A stretch of DNA of 63,964 nt, filler included, from Sandaracinaceae bacterium (GTDB lineage Bacteria > Myxococcota_A > Polyangia > Polyangiales > JADJQN01): the NCBI GenBank assembly GCA_947483975.1. It is 10 parts of 10 records of this genome, joined end to end, with 100 filler letters (N's around TTAATTAATTAA, not from the genome) between each part and the next. Parts side by side here need not be neighbours in the genome. Positions count along the whole stretch, not along the records: positions 27,091 to 33,689 come from CANKOL010000298.1; positions 33,790 to 40,378 come from CANKOL010000299.1; 8 more parts are not named here. One strand, given 5' to 3'. Shown here in pieces: positions 30,392 to 40,478 of this stretch. Each line of letters opens with the position of its first letter. Within the stretch, counting starts at the first letter, position 1. Both the position numbers and the translations under genes were made by a program. A model generated the notes under the pieces. The model searched no databases, was not told the origin of the DNA, and was given only the letters and a program-made list of their open reading frames with translations.

Positions 30392-31155
30392 GCGCCGCCG
30401 CCAAGCTCGAAGCGCTGCTCAAGCGGGTCCAGACCAATCGCCTCAAGCCGCGAGCGCTCGCCGCCGTGCCCGCGTCGCGGGTGCCGAGCGAGCCACCGAC
30501 GGTCGAGTACCCGCTCGATCTGAGCGCAGACGCGGTGACCCCGCCGCGCGGCCTGCGCACGCCGGTGCCCGTCTCGCGGCCGGTGCGCACTCAGGACACT
30601 CCCCCGCGGCCTCCGCAGCCCACGCCGCTCGAGATGGCGGTGTTCGGCGAGGCAGAGCACGAGCGCCGACCGACCGCGCCCTTCGAAGCCCAGCGTGAGC
30701 CGCTTCACGCCGTGCCGGTCGCAGTCGAGCGTGTCGAGGTCGCGCCCATCGAGGTGGACCTCGCGCCGTTCATGGCTGCGCCCGTCGAGGCTGCGCCGAT
30801 CGCGGCGCGGCTGGAGCCCGTCGAGGCTGCGCCCGTCGTGGCTGCGCCCGTCGTGGCTGCGCCCGTCGAGGCTGCGCCCGTCGAGCCCGCCTACGTCGAG
30901 GTCGCGCCGATCGAGGTGGAGCTGGAATCACCCGAGCCCGCGCCGATCGAAGCGTGGCTCGAGCCAGTTCCGACCGAGGAGGAGGTCGAGTTCGAGGCAG
31001 CCCAGCCCGCACCGATCGAAGCCAAAGCGATCAAGCCGACCTCGGTGCTGCCGCCGAGCCGGCCGATCGTCCACCTCGCCTCCGAGCCCCACGCCACCGA
31101 GCGCGTCACGTTCGGCGGGCTGCTGCGGCGCACGCTCGCGCTCCGGCCACGCTGA
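30388..31155 (+). CDS. Hypothetical protein: short terminal helices around a Pro/Glu/Ala-rich disordered linker
   Basis: ATGA overlap with the previous gene; N-terminal KLEALLKRVQTNR; AAPV(E/V) repeats; C-terminal TFGGLLRRTLALRPR. Confidence 0.7.
   Translation: MSAAAKLEALLKRVQTNRLKPRALAAVPASRVPSEPPTVEYPLDLSADAVTPPRGLRTPVPVSRPVRTQDTPPRPPQPTPLEMAVFGEAEHERRPTAPFEAQREPLHAVPVAVERVEVAPIEVDLAPFMAAPVEAAPIAARLEPVEAAPVVAAPVVAAPVEAAPVEPAYVEVAPIEVELESPEPAPIEAWLEPVPTEEEVEFEAAQPAPIEAKAIKPTSVLPPSRPIVHLASEPHATERVTFGGLLRRTLALRPR
30775..30885 (+). repeat. Coding 15-bp tandem repeats GCTGCGCCCGTCG(A/T)G
   Basis: Several near-identical copies encoding AAPVE/AAPVV. Confidence 0.8.
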
Positions 31156-31164
31156 GGTCCCACC

Positions 31165-31932
<768 letters not shown>

Positions 31933-31936
31933 GCCC

Positions 31937-32986
31937 TTGGAGGGCCGCAGCCGCAGCACCACCCGGCGTCTCGCGCTGACGCTCGTGCTCGGCTTCGTCG
32001 TGCTCGCCGTCGCGATGACCATCGCCGTGGTCGCCGGCTCGAGCGGGATCGACTTCGCGCGCGCCTTCGACCGCACGATCTCGCCGAACGACGACGCGCT
32101 GATCCTGTTCGAGGCGCGCCTGCCGCGCGTCGTGCTCGGCGCCATCGCCGGCGCGGGGCTCGGCGCAGCGGGCGCGGCGCTCCAAGCCTTGCTGCGCAAC
32201 CCGCTCGCCGACCCATATGTGCTCGGCACGAGCGGCGGCGCTGCGCTCGGCGCGACGATCGCCATCGCCTTCGGCGTGCCTGCGCTCGCGGGCACGGGCG
32301 CGCTGCTCTTGCCGCTCGCCGCGTTCGCGGGCGCGCTCGGCGCGACGCTGCTCGTCACGACCGTCGCGCGCCTCACGGGCACCTCGACGCCGACCGCGAT
32401 CATCCTCGCGGGCATCGTCGTCAACGCCTTCGCGACCGCCGCGATCACCTTCGTCAAGGTGCTCGTCTCGAGCATGCAGGCGCAAGAACTACTCTTTTGG
32501 CTCGTCGGCTCCCTCGGCTACGAGCGCTGGAGCACGCTCGGCATCGCGGCCGCGTACGTGCTCACCGGCGTCGTCGTGCTCACCGCCCTCGCCGGTCGGC
32601 TCAACCTGCTCGGCCTCGGGGACGAGGCGGCGCGCTCGCTCGGCGCGCAGGTGACCGTGCTGCGCTGGGCGGTGCTCGTGACGACGTCGCTGATCGTCGC
32701 GGGCGTCGTCTCGCTCTGCGGCCTCGTCGGCTTCGTCGGGCTCGTCGTGCCGCACGGCGTGCGCCGCGTCCTCGGCCCCGACCATCGCCTCGTCGTCCCG
32801 GCGAGCGCGCTCGTCGGCGGCGCGTTCCTCGTGCTCGCGGACACGGGCTCACGGCTGCTCCTCGGAGCGCTCGGCACGGAGCCCCCGGTCGGGGCGATCA
32901 CCGCGCTCATCGGCTGTCCGATCTTCTTGCTGATCCTCGTCGGCGGACGCGCGCGCCGCGTCGCTGGAGCCGAAGCGCCGCTCTGA
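31937..32986 (+). CDS. FecCD/BtuC-family iron/B12 ABC permease
   Basis: RLPRV, QALLRNPLADPYVLGTSGGA, GDEAARSLG, GFVGLVVPH, PVGAITALIG. Confidence 0.95.
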   Translation: MEGRSRSTTRRLALTLVLGFVVLAVAMTIAVVAGSSGIDFARAFDRTISPNDDALILFEARLPRVVLGAIAGAGLGAAGAALQALLRNPLADPYVLGTSGGAALGATIAIAFGVPALAGTGALLLPLAAFAGALGATLLVTTVARLTGTSTPTAIILAGIVVNAFATAAITFVKVLVSSMQAQELLFWLVGSLGYERWSTLGIAAAYVLTGVVVLTALAGRLNLLGLGDEAARSLGAQVTVLRWAVLVTTSLIVAGVVSLCGLVGFVGLVVPHGVRRVLGPDHRLVVPASALVGGAFLVLADTGSRLLLGALGTEPPVGAITALIGCPIFLLILVGGRARRVAGAEAPL

Positions 32987-32999
32987 GCGCCCCGCGCGC

Positions 33000-33674
33000 T
33001 TACTCGGAGATGATGTATTCGGGGCAGACCTCGAAGCTCGCGAGGCACGGGAAGCTGAGCCCCTCGAGCACGCGCCGCACGCACGCGGCGACGGGCGAGC
33101 CCGGGTCCGTGGTGCGCACGTCGCTGACCGCGCCCCGCCCGTCGAGCACGACGACGATGGGCCCGCCGCCGCTGTAGAGCACCGCGGCGCAAGGGTCGAG
33201 CGACGCGGCGAGGCGGCTCATATCCGTCTGCGCGCCGCCGTCCGTCACCTCGACGTAGGCGGGCGTGCAAGCGGGGATGGGCGCCGAGAGCGCGGACTCG
33301 ACGCGCGACTCGATGGCCGCAGCGAGCCCATCGCTCGGCGCGCCGCGGCAGGTCCTCAGCTGCAGCGAGCCAGCGACGAACGCGGACGTTTGGAACACCG
33401 CGTCGGCCGTCGCGGGCGGCGTGAGCGTGACCGTGCCGTTGAAGCACGCGTCCGCGGCGCGCACGCGCGCGACCGCCAAGTCTGTCGCAGCGGTGACCTG
33501 CGCGGGCGAGCACGTGCTCGCGTCGAGGTGTTCGCCACCGTCGGTCGCCGCGGCGTCACGGCGGCCGGCGTCGGTGCCCGCGTCGGCGAGCGGCCCGTGC
33601 GAGAGGTAGCAGCCCGACGCGGCGGGCACGACGGCGAGCGTGAAGGTGAGCGCGCTCGCGGCCGCTGCGCGCAT
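33000..33674 (-). CDS. Hypothetical Cys-containing lipoprotein
   Basis: Lipobox ASGC, DAG linker, C-terminal VAACVRRVLEGLSFP (AgmX/PglI C-terminal-like). Confidence 0.6.
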   Translation of the reverse strand: MRAAAASALTFTLAVVPAASGCYLSHGPLADAGTDAGRRDAAATDGGEHLDASTCSPAQVTAATDLAVARVRAADACFNGTVTLTPPATADAVFQTSAFVAGSLQLRTCRGAPSDGLAAAIESRVESALSAPIPACTPAYVEVTDGGAQTDMSRLAASLDPCAAVLYSGGGPIVVVLDGRGAVSDVRTTDPGSPVAACVRRVLEGLSFPCLASFEVCPEYIISE

Positions 33675-33789
33675 CGGCGCGAACCAACGNNNNNNNNNNN
33701 NNNNNNNNNNNNNNNNNNNNNNNNNNNNNNNNNTTAATTAATTAANNNNNNNNNNNNNNNNNNNNNNNNNNNNNNNNNNNNNNNNNNNN

Positions 33790-34059
33790 ATCGGCACTCA
33801 CGACCTCACCATCGGGGCTGGCGGACGCGGCAATTACTGGAGCGACTACCTCGGCTGGGATCAGGACGGAGATGGCGTGGGGGAGACTCCCTATCGCGTC
33901 GACTCGCTGACGGTCGTCTTGGTGCACCACTATCCGGGAGCGGTGCTCTTGCTGCGGAGTCCGATCCTCGAGCTGCTCTCGCACCTCGAAGAGCAGATGC
34001 CCGTCTTGCGCGTGCCCACCGTGATCGACCCGTGGCCCGTGGTGCGGAGGGCCGCGTGA
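33790..34059 (+). CDS. nosD: NosD C-terminal fragment (N2O reductase maturation)
   Basis: NYWSDYLGWDQDGDGVGETPY...LLLRSP...VIDPWP; GTGA overlap with nosF. Confidence 0.88.
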   Translation: MGTHDLTIGAGGRGNYWSDYLGWDQDGDGVGETPYRVDSLTVVLVHHYPGAVLLLRSPILELLSHLEEQMPVLRVPTVIDPWPVVRRAA

Positions 34060-34982
34060 AGCGCCTCGAATTACGGGACGTGACGGTGAAGTTCGGCGCG
34101 GTGCACGCGCTCGCGGGGGTGACCCTGGAGCTCAGCGCGGGCGAGGTGCTGATGCTCGTCGGGCCCAACGGCGCCGGCAAGTCCACGCTGATGAGCGTGC
34201 TGCTCGGGCTCGTGCGGCCCGACCATGGCGAGCTTCGCGTCGATGGGCAGGTGCGGTCGCTGCGCGGGGATGGGATCAAGCACTTCGTGGGCTATCTGCC
34301 GGAGGCGGTCGCGTTCTCCGACAGCCTCACGGGGCGTCAGGTGCTGCGCTTCTTCGCGTGGGCGCGGGGCGCGTCGAGCAAGCGGATCGACGTCGTGCTC
34401 GAGCGCGTCGGGCTGACGCACGCCGCAGGGCGCCGCGTGCGCGGCTACTCGCGCGGGATGCGGCAGCGCCTCGGCGTCGGCGTCGCGATCCTGTCCGAGC
34501 CGGAGTTGCTCATCCTCGATGAGCCGACGGGAGGGCTCGATCAGGAGGGGCTGACGGTCCTCTGGTCCGTGCTCGAGGAGTGGCGCGACGAGGGCCGCAC
34601 GGTGCTGCTCGCGTCGCACGACCTCGCGCTGCTCGAGCGCCGCGTCGCGCGCATTTGTTTGATGAGCAACGGTCGGGTGAAGGCGGAGGGGACTCCCGAC
34701 GCGCTGCGCCTGCGCGCGGGGCTCCCGCATCGCGTCAATTTCGAGCTGCGCGAGTGCGCGGCAGAGCGCGTGAGCGAGCTGCTCGGCGCGCTCACCGAGC
34801 TTGGGCTCGCGCCGTCCGAGGTCGTCGAGCGGCGCTGCTTCGTCGACGTCGCGCCCGATGGGCTGCTCCCGCTGATGGCGGCCCAGGCGCGCTTTCCCGA
34901 CGTGGTCGCGCAGCTTCGCGTGCTCGAGCCGCAGCTCGATCAGATCTACGAGCGGCTGCTCGCCGAGGAGTCACCGTCATGA
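34056..34982 (+). CDS. nosF: NosF ABC ATPase
   Basis: GPNGAGKST, GYLPE, YSRGMRQRLG, LDEPTGGLD; lies between nosD and nosY. Confidence 0.88.
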   Translation: MKRLELRDVTVKFGAVHALAGVTLELSAGEVLMLVGPNGAGKSTLMSVLLGLVRPDHGELRVDGQVRSLRGDGIKHFVGYLPEAVAFSDSLTGRQVLRFFAWARGASSKRIDVVLERVGLTHAAGRRVRGYSRGMRQRLGVGVAILSEPELLILDEPTGGLDQEGLTVLWSVLEEWRDEGRTVLLASHDLALLERRVARICLMSNGRVKAEGTPDALRLRAGLPHRVNFELRECAAERVSELLGALTELGLAPSEVVERRCFVDVAPDGLLPLMAAQARFPDVVAQLRVLEPQLDQIYERLLAEESPS

Positions 34983-35776
34983 GCCGCGTCGCCCGCGCGC
35001 TGATCGCGCACGAGTTCCTCGAGCGGCTCCGCGACCGCTGGGTGATCGTGATCAGCGTGCTGTTCGCCGCGCTCGCGTCTGCGGTGGGGCTCTATGGGCG
35101 GGCCGCGGAGGCGCACGCGTCGGCGCTGACTGGGCCGAGCCTGGTCACGCTCGCGAGCCTGCTCGTGCCGCTCGTCGCCCTCGTGCTCGGGCACGACGCG
35201 ATCGTGGGAGAGCGCGAGCGCAACACGCTCGGACTCCTGTTCTCCTTGCCGGTCGGGCGGCTCGAGGTGGTCGTCGCGAAGTTCCTCGGGCGCGGGCTCG
35301 CGCTCGGGCTCGCGGTCGGGCTCGGGCTCGCCGCGGCCATGTTCGCGGCAGGCCCCGGGCAGGCGCAGGTGCTCGCCCAGTTGATCCTGCCGACGCTGCT
35401 GCTCGGGCTGTCGTTCGTGTCCTTCGGGATGCTGATCTCGGCGGTGACGACGCGGCAGGTGACAGCCGCCAGCCTCGTCGTCGTGACGTGGTTCGGGCTC
35501 GTGTTCTTCTACGATCTCGGGGTGCTCGCGCTGCTGATCGCCACGGACGGGGCGGTGAGTCAGCAGGTGGTCGCGGGGCTCGTCGCGGCGAACCCGGCGG
35601 GGCTCTATCGCATCGTGCTGATGGACCGCCTCGCGGGGCCGGAGGTGCTCGCGGGCCTCGGGCTCACGGCGCAGCTGCCCGGCGCGCTCGGGCAGGCGGC
35701 GATCTGGGCCGGATGGATCGTGGGGCCGCTCTTGCTCAGCGGCGCGGCGCTGCGCGCGCAGAAGGTGGCGAAATGA
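34979..35776 (+). CDS. nosY: NosY ABC permease
   Basis: EFLERLRDRW, LVPLVALVLGHDAIVGERERNTLGLL, KFLGR, FYDLGVL, NPAGLYR. Confidence 0.9.
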   Translation: MSRVARALIAHEFLERLRDRWVIVISVLFAALASAVGLYGRAAEAHASALTGPSLVTLASLLVPLVALVLGHDAIVGERERNTLGLLFSLPVGRLEVVVAKFLGRGLALGLAVGLGLAAAMFAAGPGQAQVLAQLILPTLLLGLSFVSFGMLISAVTTRQVTAASLVVVTWFGLVFFYDLGVLALLIATDGAVSQQVVAGLVAANPAGLYRIVLMDRLAGPEVLAGLGLTAQLPGALGQAAIWAGWIVGPLLLSGAALRAQKVAK

Positions 35777-36285
35777 CCGCTCGCATGGCGCTCGTCGGAT
35801 GGTGGTTCGTGGTCGCGTGTGCGGTCGTCGGCTGCGGTCGCGAGCACGCCGGGAGCGGCGTCGACATGACCGCTCGCGCGCTCGACGGGGACGAGTGCGG
35901 CGCCTGCGGGATGATCGTCCGCGAGCAACCGTCGCCGCGCGCGCAGGCCATTCACCGCGACGGTGAGCGGGTGTTCTTCTGCTCCATCGGCGAGGCCCTC
36001 AACTACCTCGCGACGCCCTCACCCCATGGCGCCATCGTCGCGACCTACGTGGAGGTCTTGGCGCCGGACGCCAACCCGGCCGACGACGCGACGGAGCGCC
36101 GGCCCTGGGTCGCGGCGGAGCGGGCGGCGTACGTGCGAGGCGTCGTGCGCCCGCGCGTGATGGGGGAGGCCGTCCTCGCGTATGCGACGCGCGAACAGGC
36201 GCTCGGCGCCGCGTCCCGGTTCGGCGGGCGCGTCGCGACGTGGTCACAGATCAAGAGCGGTGACGCTCAGGAAACGGAGAACTGA
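35773..36285 (+). CDS. nosL: NosL copper chaperone lipoprotein
   Basis: Lipobox VVGC; CGACGMIV...PRAQ...FFCS; W...AAYV...VMG. Confidence 0.9.
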   Translation: MTARMALVGWWFVVACAVVGCGREHAGSGVDMTARALDGDECGACGMIVREQPSPRAQAIHRDGERVFFCSIGEALNYLATPSPHGAIVATYVEVLAPDANPADDATERRPWVAAERAAYVRGVVRPRVMGEAVLAYATREQALGAASRFGGRVATWSQIKSGDAQETEN

Positions 36286-36286
36286 T

Positions 36287-36652
36287 ATGCAGTGGAGTCG
36301 AATCGTGAGCTTGTGCGTGGGAATGGGGCTCGTGGGCGCCGTCGGCTGCGGCGGTGGCGTCGACGCGGAGCATAGCCTGCCGGGGAATCCCGTCGCGGGC
36401 GCCGCGATCTACGCGCGGATCTGCGTCGCGTGTCACGCGGCCGACGGCCGCGGCAACGGCGGGCTGACGGGCGGCAACTTCAGCGAGCCCGCGCGCTTGG
36501 CGAAGACCAACACGCTGCTGCTCTCCGAGATCCGCGACGGTCTGAATCGGGGCCCGATCGCGATGCCCTCGCAGCGCGGGGCGCTCAGCGATCAGGAGAT
36601 GAAGGACGCGCTCTCGTACATCCGCAAGACGTTCGGCGGGACGCAGAACTAG
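36287..36652 (+). CDS. Monoheme cytochrome c lipoprotein
   Basis: Lipobox AVGC; CVACH; distal AMP; ALSYIRKTF. Confidence 0.9.
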   Translation: MQWSRIVSLCVGMGLVGAVGCGGGVDAEHSLPGNPVAGAAIYARICVACHAADGRGNGGLTGGNFSEPARLAKTNTLLLSEIRDGLNRGPIAMPSQRGALSDQEMKDALSYIRKTFGGTQN

Positions 36653-37416
36653 CGGGCGCTGCGCGCGGGAGGCTTCGCGGGGGCCTCGTCGCCCGTGAGG
36701 ATCTCGCGCAGTTCGTCGAGGGAGCGCAGCGAAAAGCCGTCCTTCTCCGTGGTGAGCAGGCCGGTCTTTTGCCACGCGGAGCACACTCGAATCACGCTCT
36801 CGACGCGCGCGGCGACGTAGGTCGCCTGTTGCGCGCGGGAGAGCGCGACCGGCACGAAGGTGGAGCCATCGAGCCCCTCGTCGCCGAAGCGCTCCGCGAG
36901 GTCGAGCATGAAGGCCGCGAGGCGCCGCGGGATCGAGCCTGCGACCAGCACGTCGATCTTGGCGTGGATCAAGCTGCAGTGGTCGAGCACCGCTCGCGTC
37001 ATCGCCATGCTGAGCGCGGAGTCTTCTGGGAGCGCCGCGAGCACTGGCTCGGCGCGCACGCGCAGGACCTCGAGCGTGCTGGTCGTCGCGCGCGCGTCGG
37101 CGATGAAGGAGCGCCGCTCGAGGGTGACCGGAATGGCGGGACTCTCGCCCGGTCCGAAGAGCGCGATCAGGGTCGAGTCGGCCTCCGGCGTCGCCCGTTG
37201 AAGCTCGAGGATCCCGCGGAGGATGACGTGGAAGTACTCCGCGCGTGCGCCGCGGCGCCAGAGATACTCGCCGCGCGAGAGGCGGTAGATGCTCGCGGTG
37301 GGAGCCAGAGTCTCGAGCACGCCTGCGCTGACACCCCGGAAAAGCCGGCTCGTAGTGACCGCGCGGAGGAGCACTTCGGGAGTGGCGTGGGTGTCGAGTG
37401 GGTTCATGCGCGGCAC
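36649..37416 (-). CDS. Crp/Fnr-family regulator (DNR/NnrR-like by context)
   Basis: LWRRGARAEYFHVILRG, IALFGPGE, RRLAAFMLDLAERFG, HTH LSRAQQATYVAARVESVIRV; no FNR Cys cluster. Confidence 0.88.
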   Translation of the reverse strand: MPRMNPLDTHATPEVLLRAVTTSRLFRGVSAGVLETLAPTASIYRLSRGEYLWRRGARAEYFHVILRGILELQRATPEADSTLIALFGPGESPAIPVTLERRSFIADARATTSTLEVLRVRAEPVLAALPEDSALSMAMTRAVLDHCSLIHAKIDVLVAGSIPRRLAAFMLDLAERFGDEGLDGSTFVPVALSRAQQATYVAARVESVIRVCSAWQKTGLLTTEKDGFSLRSLDELREILTGDEAPAKPPARSAR

Positions 37417-37520
37417 GAGTACCGTACCTTCTCACGCGATTTTCCGGGGACGATTCTCGCCGTCGCCAGCTACTATCCGCGCGTGTTCGAGAAGCCAGCA
37501 CCCGCGGAGCACGGCTGACC

Positions 37521-39299
37521 GTGCGCTTTCTCGATTGGCTCGATGAACGCACTGCGTATCGCGCCCTCGGTCGAGCGGCGTTTGAGCAGGAGCTTCAGGG
37601 CGGGGCGCGCTGGGCCTATGTGTTTGGCAGCGGCTTGGCCGCCGTGTTTCTCTCGCAGTTGGTGACGGGGCTCCTCTTGATGGCGACCTACACGCCGTCG
37701 ACGCAGGGGGCTTGGGCGAGCGTGTTCGCGCTTCAGCACCGCGCGGCGGGCGGCTGGTTCGTGCGCGGCCTGCACCACCACGGCGCGTCCGCGATGATGG
37801 TGGTGATGGGCGTGCACCTCCTGCAGGTGGCCATTTACGGCGCCTACAAGCGACCGCGCGAGGTGAATTGGTGGGCGGGGCTCGCGCTGATGGCGCTCGT
37901 CTGCGCCCTGAGCTTCACCGGGTATTTGCTGCCCTGGGACCAAGACGCTGGCTGGGCGACTGCCGTGCTCGGCAAGCTCGCGCGGGAGACTCCGCTGCTC
38001 GGACCTCTGGTCGCCGACGGCTTGCTCGGCGGGGCCGCGGGAGGGCAGGGCACGCTCACGCGCCTGTTCACGCTGCACGTCGGGGTCCTGCCCGGACTCG
38101 TCGGCGCGCTGCTGCTCGGGCACTACATGCTCTTTCGTCGGCATGGTCCGACGGCGCCCGCGGGCGCGAATCTCTCGCGCAAAGAGCCCTATTTCCCGGC
38201 GCAGGTCGGGCGCGACCTCGCCTTCGCGGTGACCGTGCTCCTCGTGCTCGCGCTCGTGACGGCGAGGCTGGGTACGCCGCTCGGCGCGCCCGCGGACCGA
38301 GCCATCGCGCACTCGCCGCGGCCCGCAGGGTACTTCCTCTGGCTGTGCGAGTTGTGGCGCCTCGTGCCCCGCAAGCTCGAGTGGCTCGTGACGCTTGGCC
38401 TTCCGATCGTCGGGGGCGGGCTGCTCTTCGCGCTCCCGTTCTTCGATCGGAAGCCGACGACGCGCGTGCGCGAGCGCTGGTCGGTGGTGGCGCCCGTCGT
38501 CGTCGCCGCGATGGCGATCCTGGTGCTCAGCGTCGCCGCGCTCAGCGTCGACGCCAGCGACCCCGTCTTTCAGGCGCAGCGCCATGCGGCGGACGCGCGC
38601 GCGGCTCGCTCCATCGCGCTCGCGCGGCGCGGCATACCCGCTGGTGGTCCGCTCGAGATGCTGGCGAACGACCCGTTGACGGGCGGCGCCGACGTCTTCG
38701 CGGCGCAGTGCGCGCGCTGTCATCTGCTCGACCTGAAGGGCGAGCGCTGGGCGCCGGAGCACACCGGCTTCGGGTCGCGCGCGTGGGTGCGTGGGCAACT
38801 GCACGACCCCAACGACGTTCGGTATTTTGGCCTCACGCGCCTCACGGCGATGCCCAGCCAGGATCGCCTCGGAGACGAGGCGCTGCGGAGCGTCGCCGAG
38901 TATATCTTCTCGCTCGGTAGCGAACCGCAGGACCCGCCCTTCGACCGAGCGCTCGCGGCGCGGGGGGCGCGCGTGTTTCAGACGAAGTGCACGACCTGTC
39001 ACACGCTCGACGGGGAGGGTGACTACCTCTCGGTCGGCGGCCCCGACATGACGGGCTACGCCTCGCGGGCCTGGCTTGCGCGCCGAATCTCCGTCGGCGC
39101 GAGCACGCACGGGCGAGCGAGCGTGGCCAGCGGCGGCTTCCGCGTGCTCAGCGCGCGCGACGTGCGCGTGCTCGCTGCGTATCTACGCCTACAACGGTTC
39201 GCGCAGCCTTCGACGGGTCCGCTCGTCCCGCCGCTCACTCCCGCGCAGCGGGCCGCGCTCGCAGCCCATCAGGCTTCGGCGCGCGCCGCACGGCGCTGA
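37521..39299 (+). CDS. Cytochrome b (bc complex type) fused to a diheme cytochrome c
   Basis: WLDERT start; GLHHHGAS...VHLLQ and TLHV...GHY heme b ligands; YKRPREVNW; GYLLPWDQ; CARCH and CTTCH. Confidence 0.9.
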   Translation: MRFLDWLDERTAYRALGRAAFEQELQGGARWAYVFGSGLAAVFLSQLVTGLLLMATYTPSTQGAWASVFALQHRAAGGWFVRGLHHHGASAMMVVMGVHLLQVAIYGAYKRPREVNWWAGLALMALVCALSFTGYLLPWDQDAGWATAVLGKLARETPLLGPLVADGLLGGAAGGQGTLTRLFTLHVGVLPGLVGALLLGHYMLFRRHGPTAPAGANLSRKEPYFPAQVGRDLAFAVTVLLVLALVTARLGTPLGAPADRAIAHSPRPAGYFLWLCELWRLVPRKLEWLVTLGLPIVGGGLLFALPFFDRKPTTRVRERWSVVAPVVVAAMAILVLSVAALSVDASDPVFQAQRHAADARAARSIALARRGIPAGGPLEMLANDPLTGGADVFAAQCARCHLLDLKGERWAPEHTGFGSRAWVRGQLHDPNDVRYFGLTRLTAMPSQDRLGDEALRSVAEYIFSLGSEPQDPPFDRALAARGARVFQTKCTTCHTLDGEGDYLSVGGPDMTGYASRAWLARRISVGASTHGRASVASGGFRVLSARDVRVLAAYLRLQRFAQPSTGPLVPPLTPAQRAALAAHQASARAARR

Positions 39300-39579
39300 G
39301 CCTGCAGCCCGCGCGGCGACTCAGACGAGCCGCCGCGTGCCCATCGGCGGCGTGACCGGCGCGAGCGAGCGAAGGTAGGTGGCGATCTTCTGCGCGTCCG
39401 CGTCCCCGTCGCGCTCGCGCATCACCACGCGCACCGCAACCTCGATCCAGTCGGCGGGCGGCTTGCCGTCCCATGCCGCTGCCCAGACCTTCGCGTCGTC
39501 GATCGACTGGATTCGCATCACTGTCCTCCCGCGCCAGCATAGTCGGACCGATGCTTGATGTGCGAAACCATCCTCCCGC

Positions 39580-40038
39580 TCACAGGACTGAGCGTAGCGT
39601 CAGTACGGGGCAGTGCGCGTGCCGCACGACGCGCTCCGCGACCGAGCCGATCAGCATGCGCGCGAGCCCGCTGCGCCCGTGGGTGGCGATCACGATCAGG
39701 TCGATCTGCTCCTTCTCCGCGTAGTGGCAGAGGCTGTCCGCGGCGTTCTTGCCGAGGACCAGCGCGACCTTGACGTTGGGGACGTCGGCGAGCTTCTCGT
39801 CGCGTATGCGCTCGAGCTCGGCGTGCAGGCGACGCTCGTAGTCCTGCTCGACCTCGAATTGGGCCGAGCTGCTCAGCTGAGAGGCGACCATCGGAGTCAG
39901 CGGCGCGGGGTCGAATACGTGCGCCAGCGTCACGTTGGCGCCGAAGGACTTCGCGAGCATCGCCGCCGCGTCGATGGCCAGCAGGGAGGCGGGGGAGAAG
40001 TCCGTCGAGACGAGGAGGTTCTGGGTCAGCGTCGGCAT
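39580..40038 (-). CDS. Universal stress protein (UspA family)
   Basis: LLVSTDFSPAS, DLIVIATHGRSGLARMLIGSVAERVVRHAHCPVL. Confidence 0.95.
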   Translation of the reverse strand: MPTLTQNLLVSTDFSPASLLAIDAAAMLAKSFGANVTLAHVFDPAPLTPMVASQLSSSAQFEVEQDYERRLHAELERIRDEKLADVPNVKVALVLGKNAADSLCHYAEKEQIDLIVIATHGRSGLARMLIGSVAERVVRHAHCPVLTLRSVL

Positions 40039-40478
40039 GGGGGCTCCTGGAACGGTGAGGTTCAATGCGGGTCGAGCGGAGTGTCGAGCGGGTCGTCGAG
40101 CGAGAGCGCTCCTCGGGGCGCGTCCTCGAGGCGGACGTGAGCATTCGCGTCGCTTCGCGCGACGAGCACACTTCCATCGGAGAGCCGGAGCGCCAGCAAC
40201 GCGCCTGCTCGTAAGGTACGCCCGCTCGCGTCGTAGGCCACGACGTCCGCAACTTCGCCGAGGGCGGGCTGCTCGGACGCGGCGCAGGCCCGCGCGACGT
40301 CGACGGAAGTGTCGCTCGTGACGCAGCGGGCGAGCGCGCGCTCGGTCTCGGGGCGCGTGAGGCTGCCGGCGCGCGCAGNNNNNNNNNNNNNNNNNNNNNN
40401 NNNNNNNNNNNNNNNNNNNNNNTTAATTAATTAANNNNNNNNNNNNNNNNNNNNNNNNNNNNNNNNNNNNNNNNNNNN

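Noticed and set aside
37416..37521. FNR/DNR box between the Crp regulator and cytochrome b
   Set aside because: No convincing TTGAT-N4-ATCAA match seen.
39321..39521. 66-aa ORF ending DAQKIATYLRSLAPV, like a cytochrome c C-terminal helix
   Set aside because: No CxxCH and too short to call; may be a relic or spurious.
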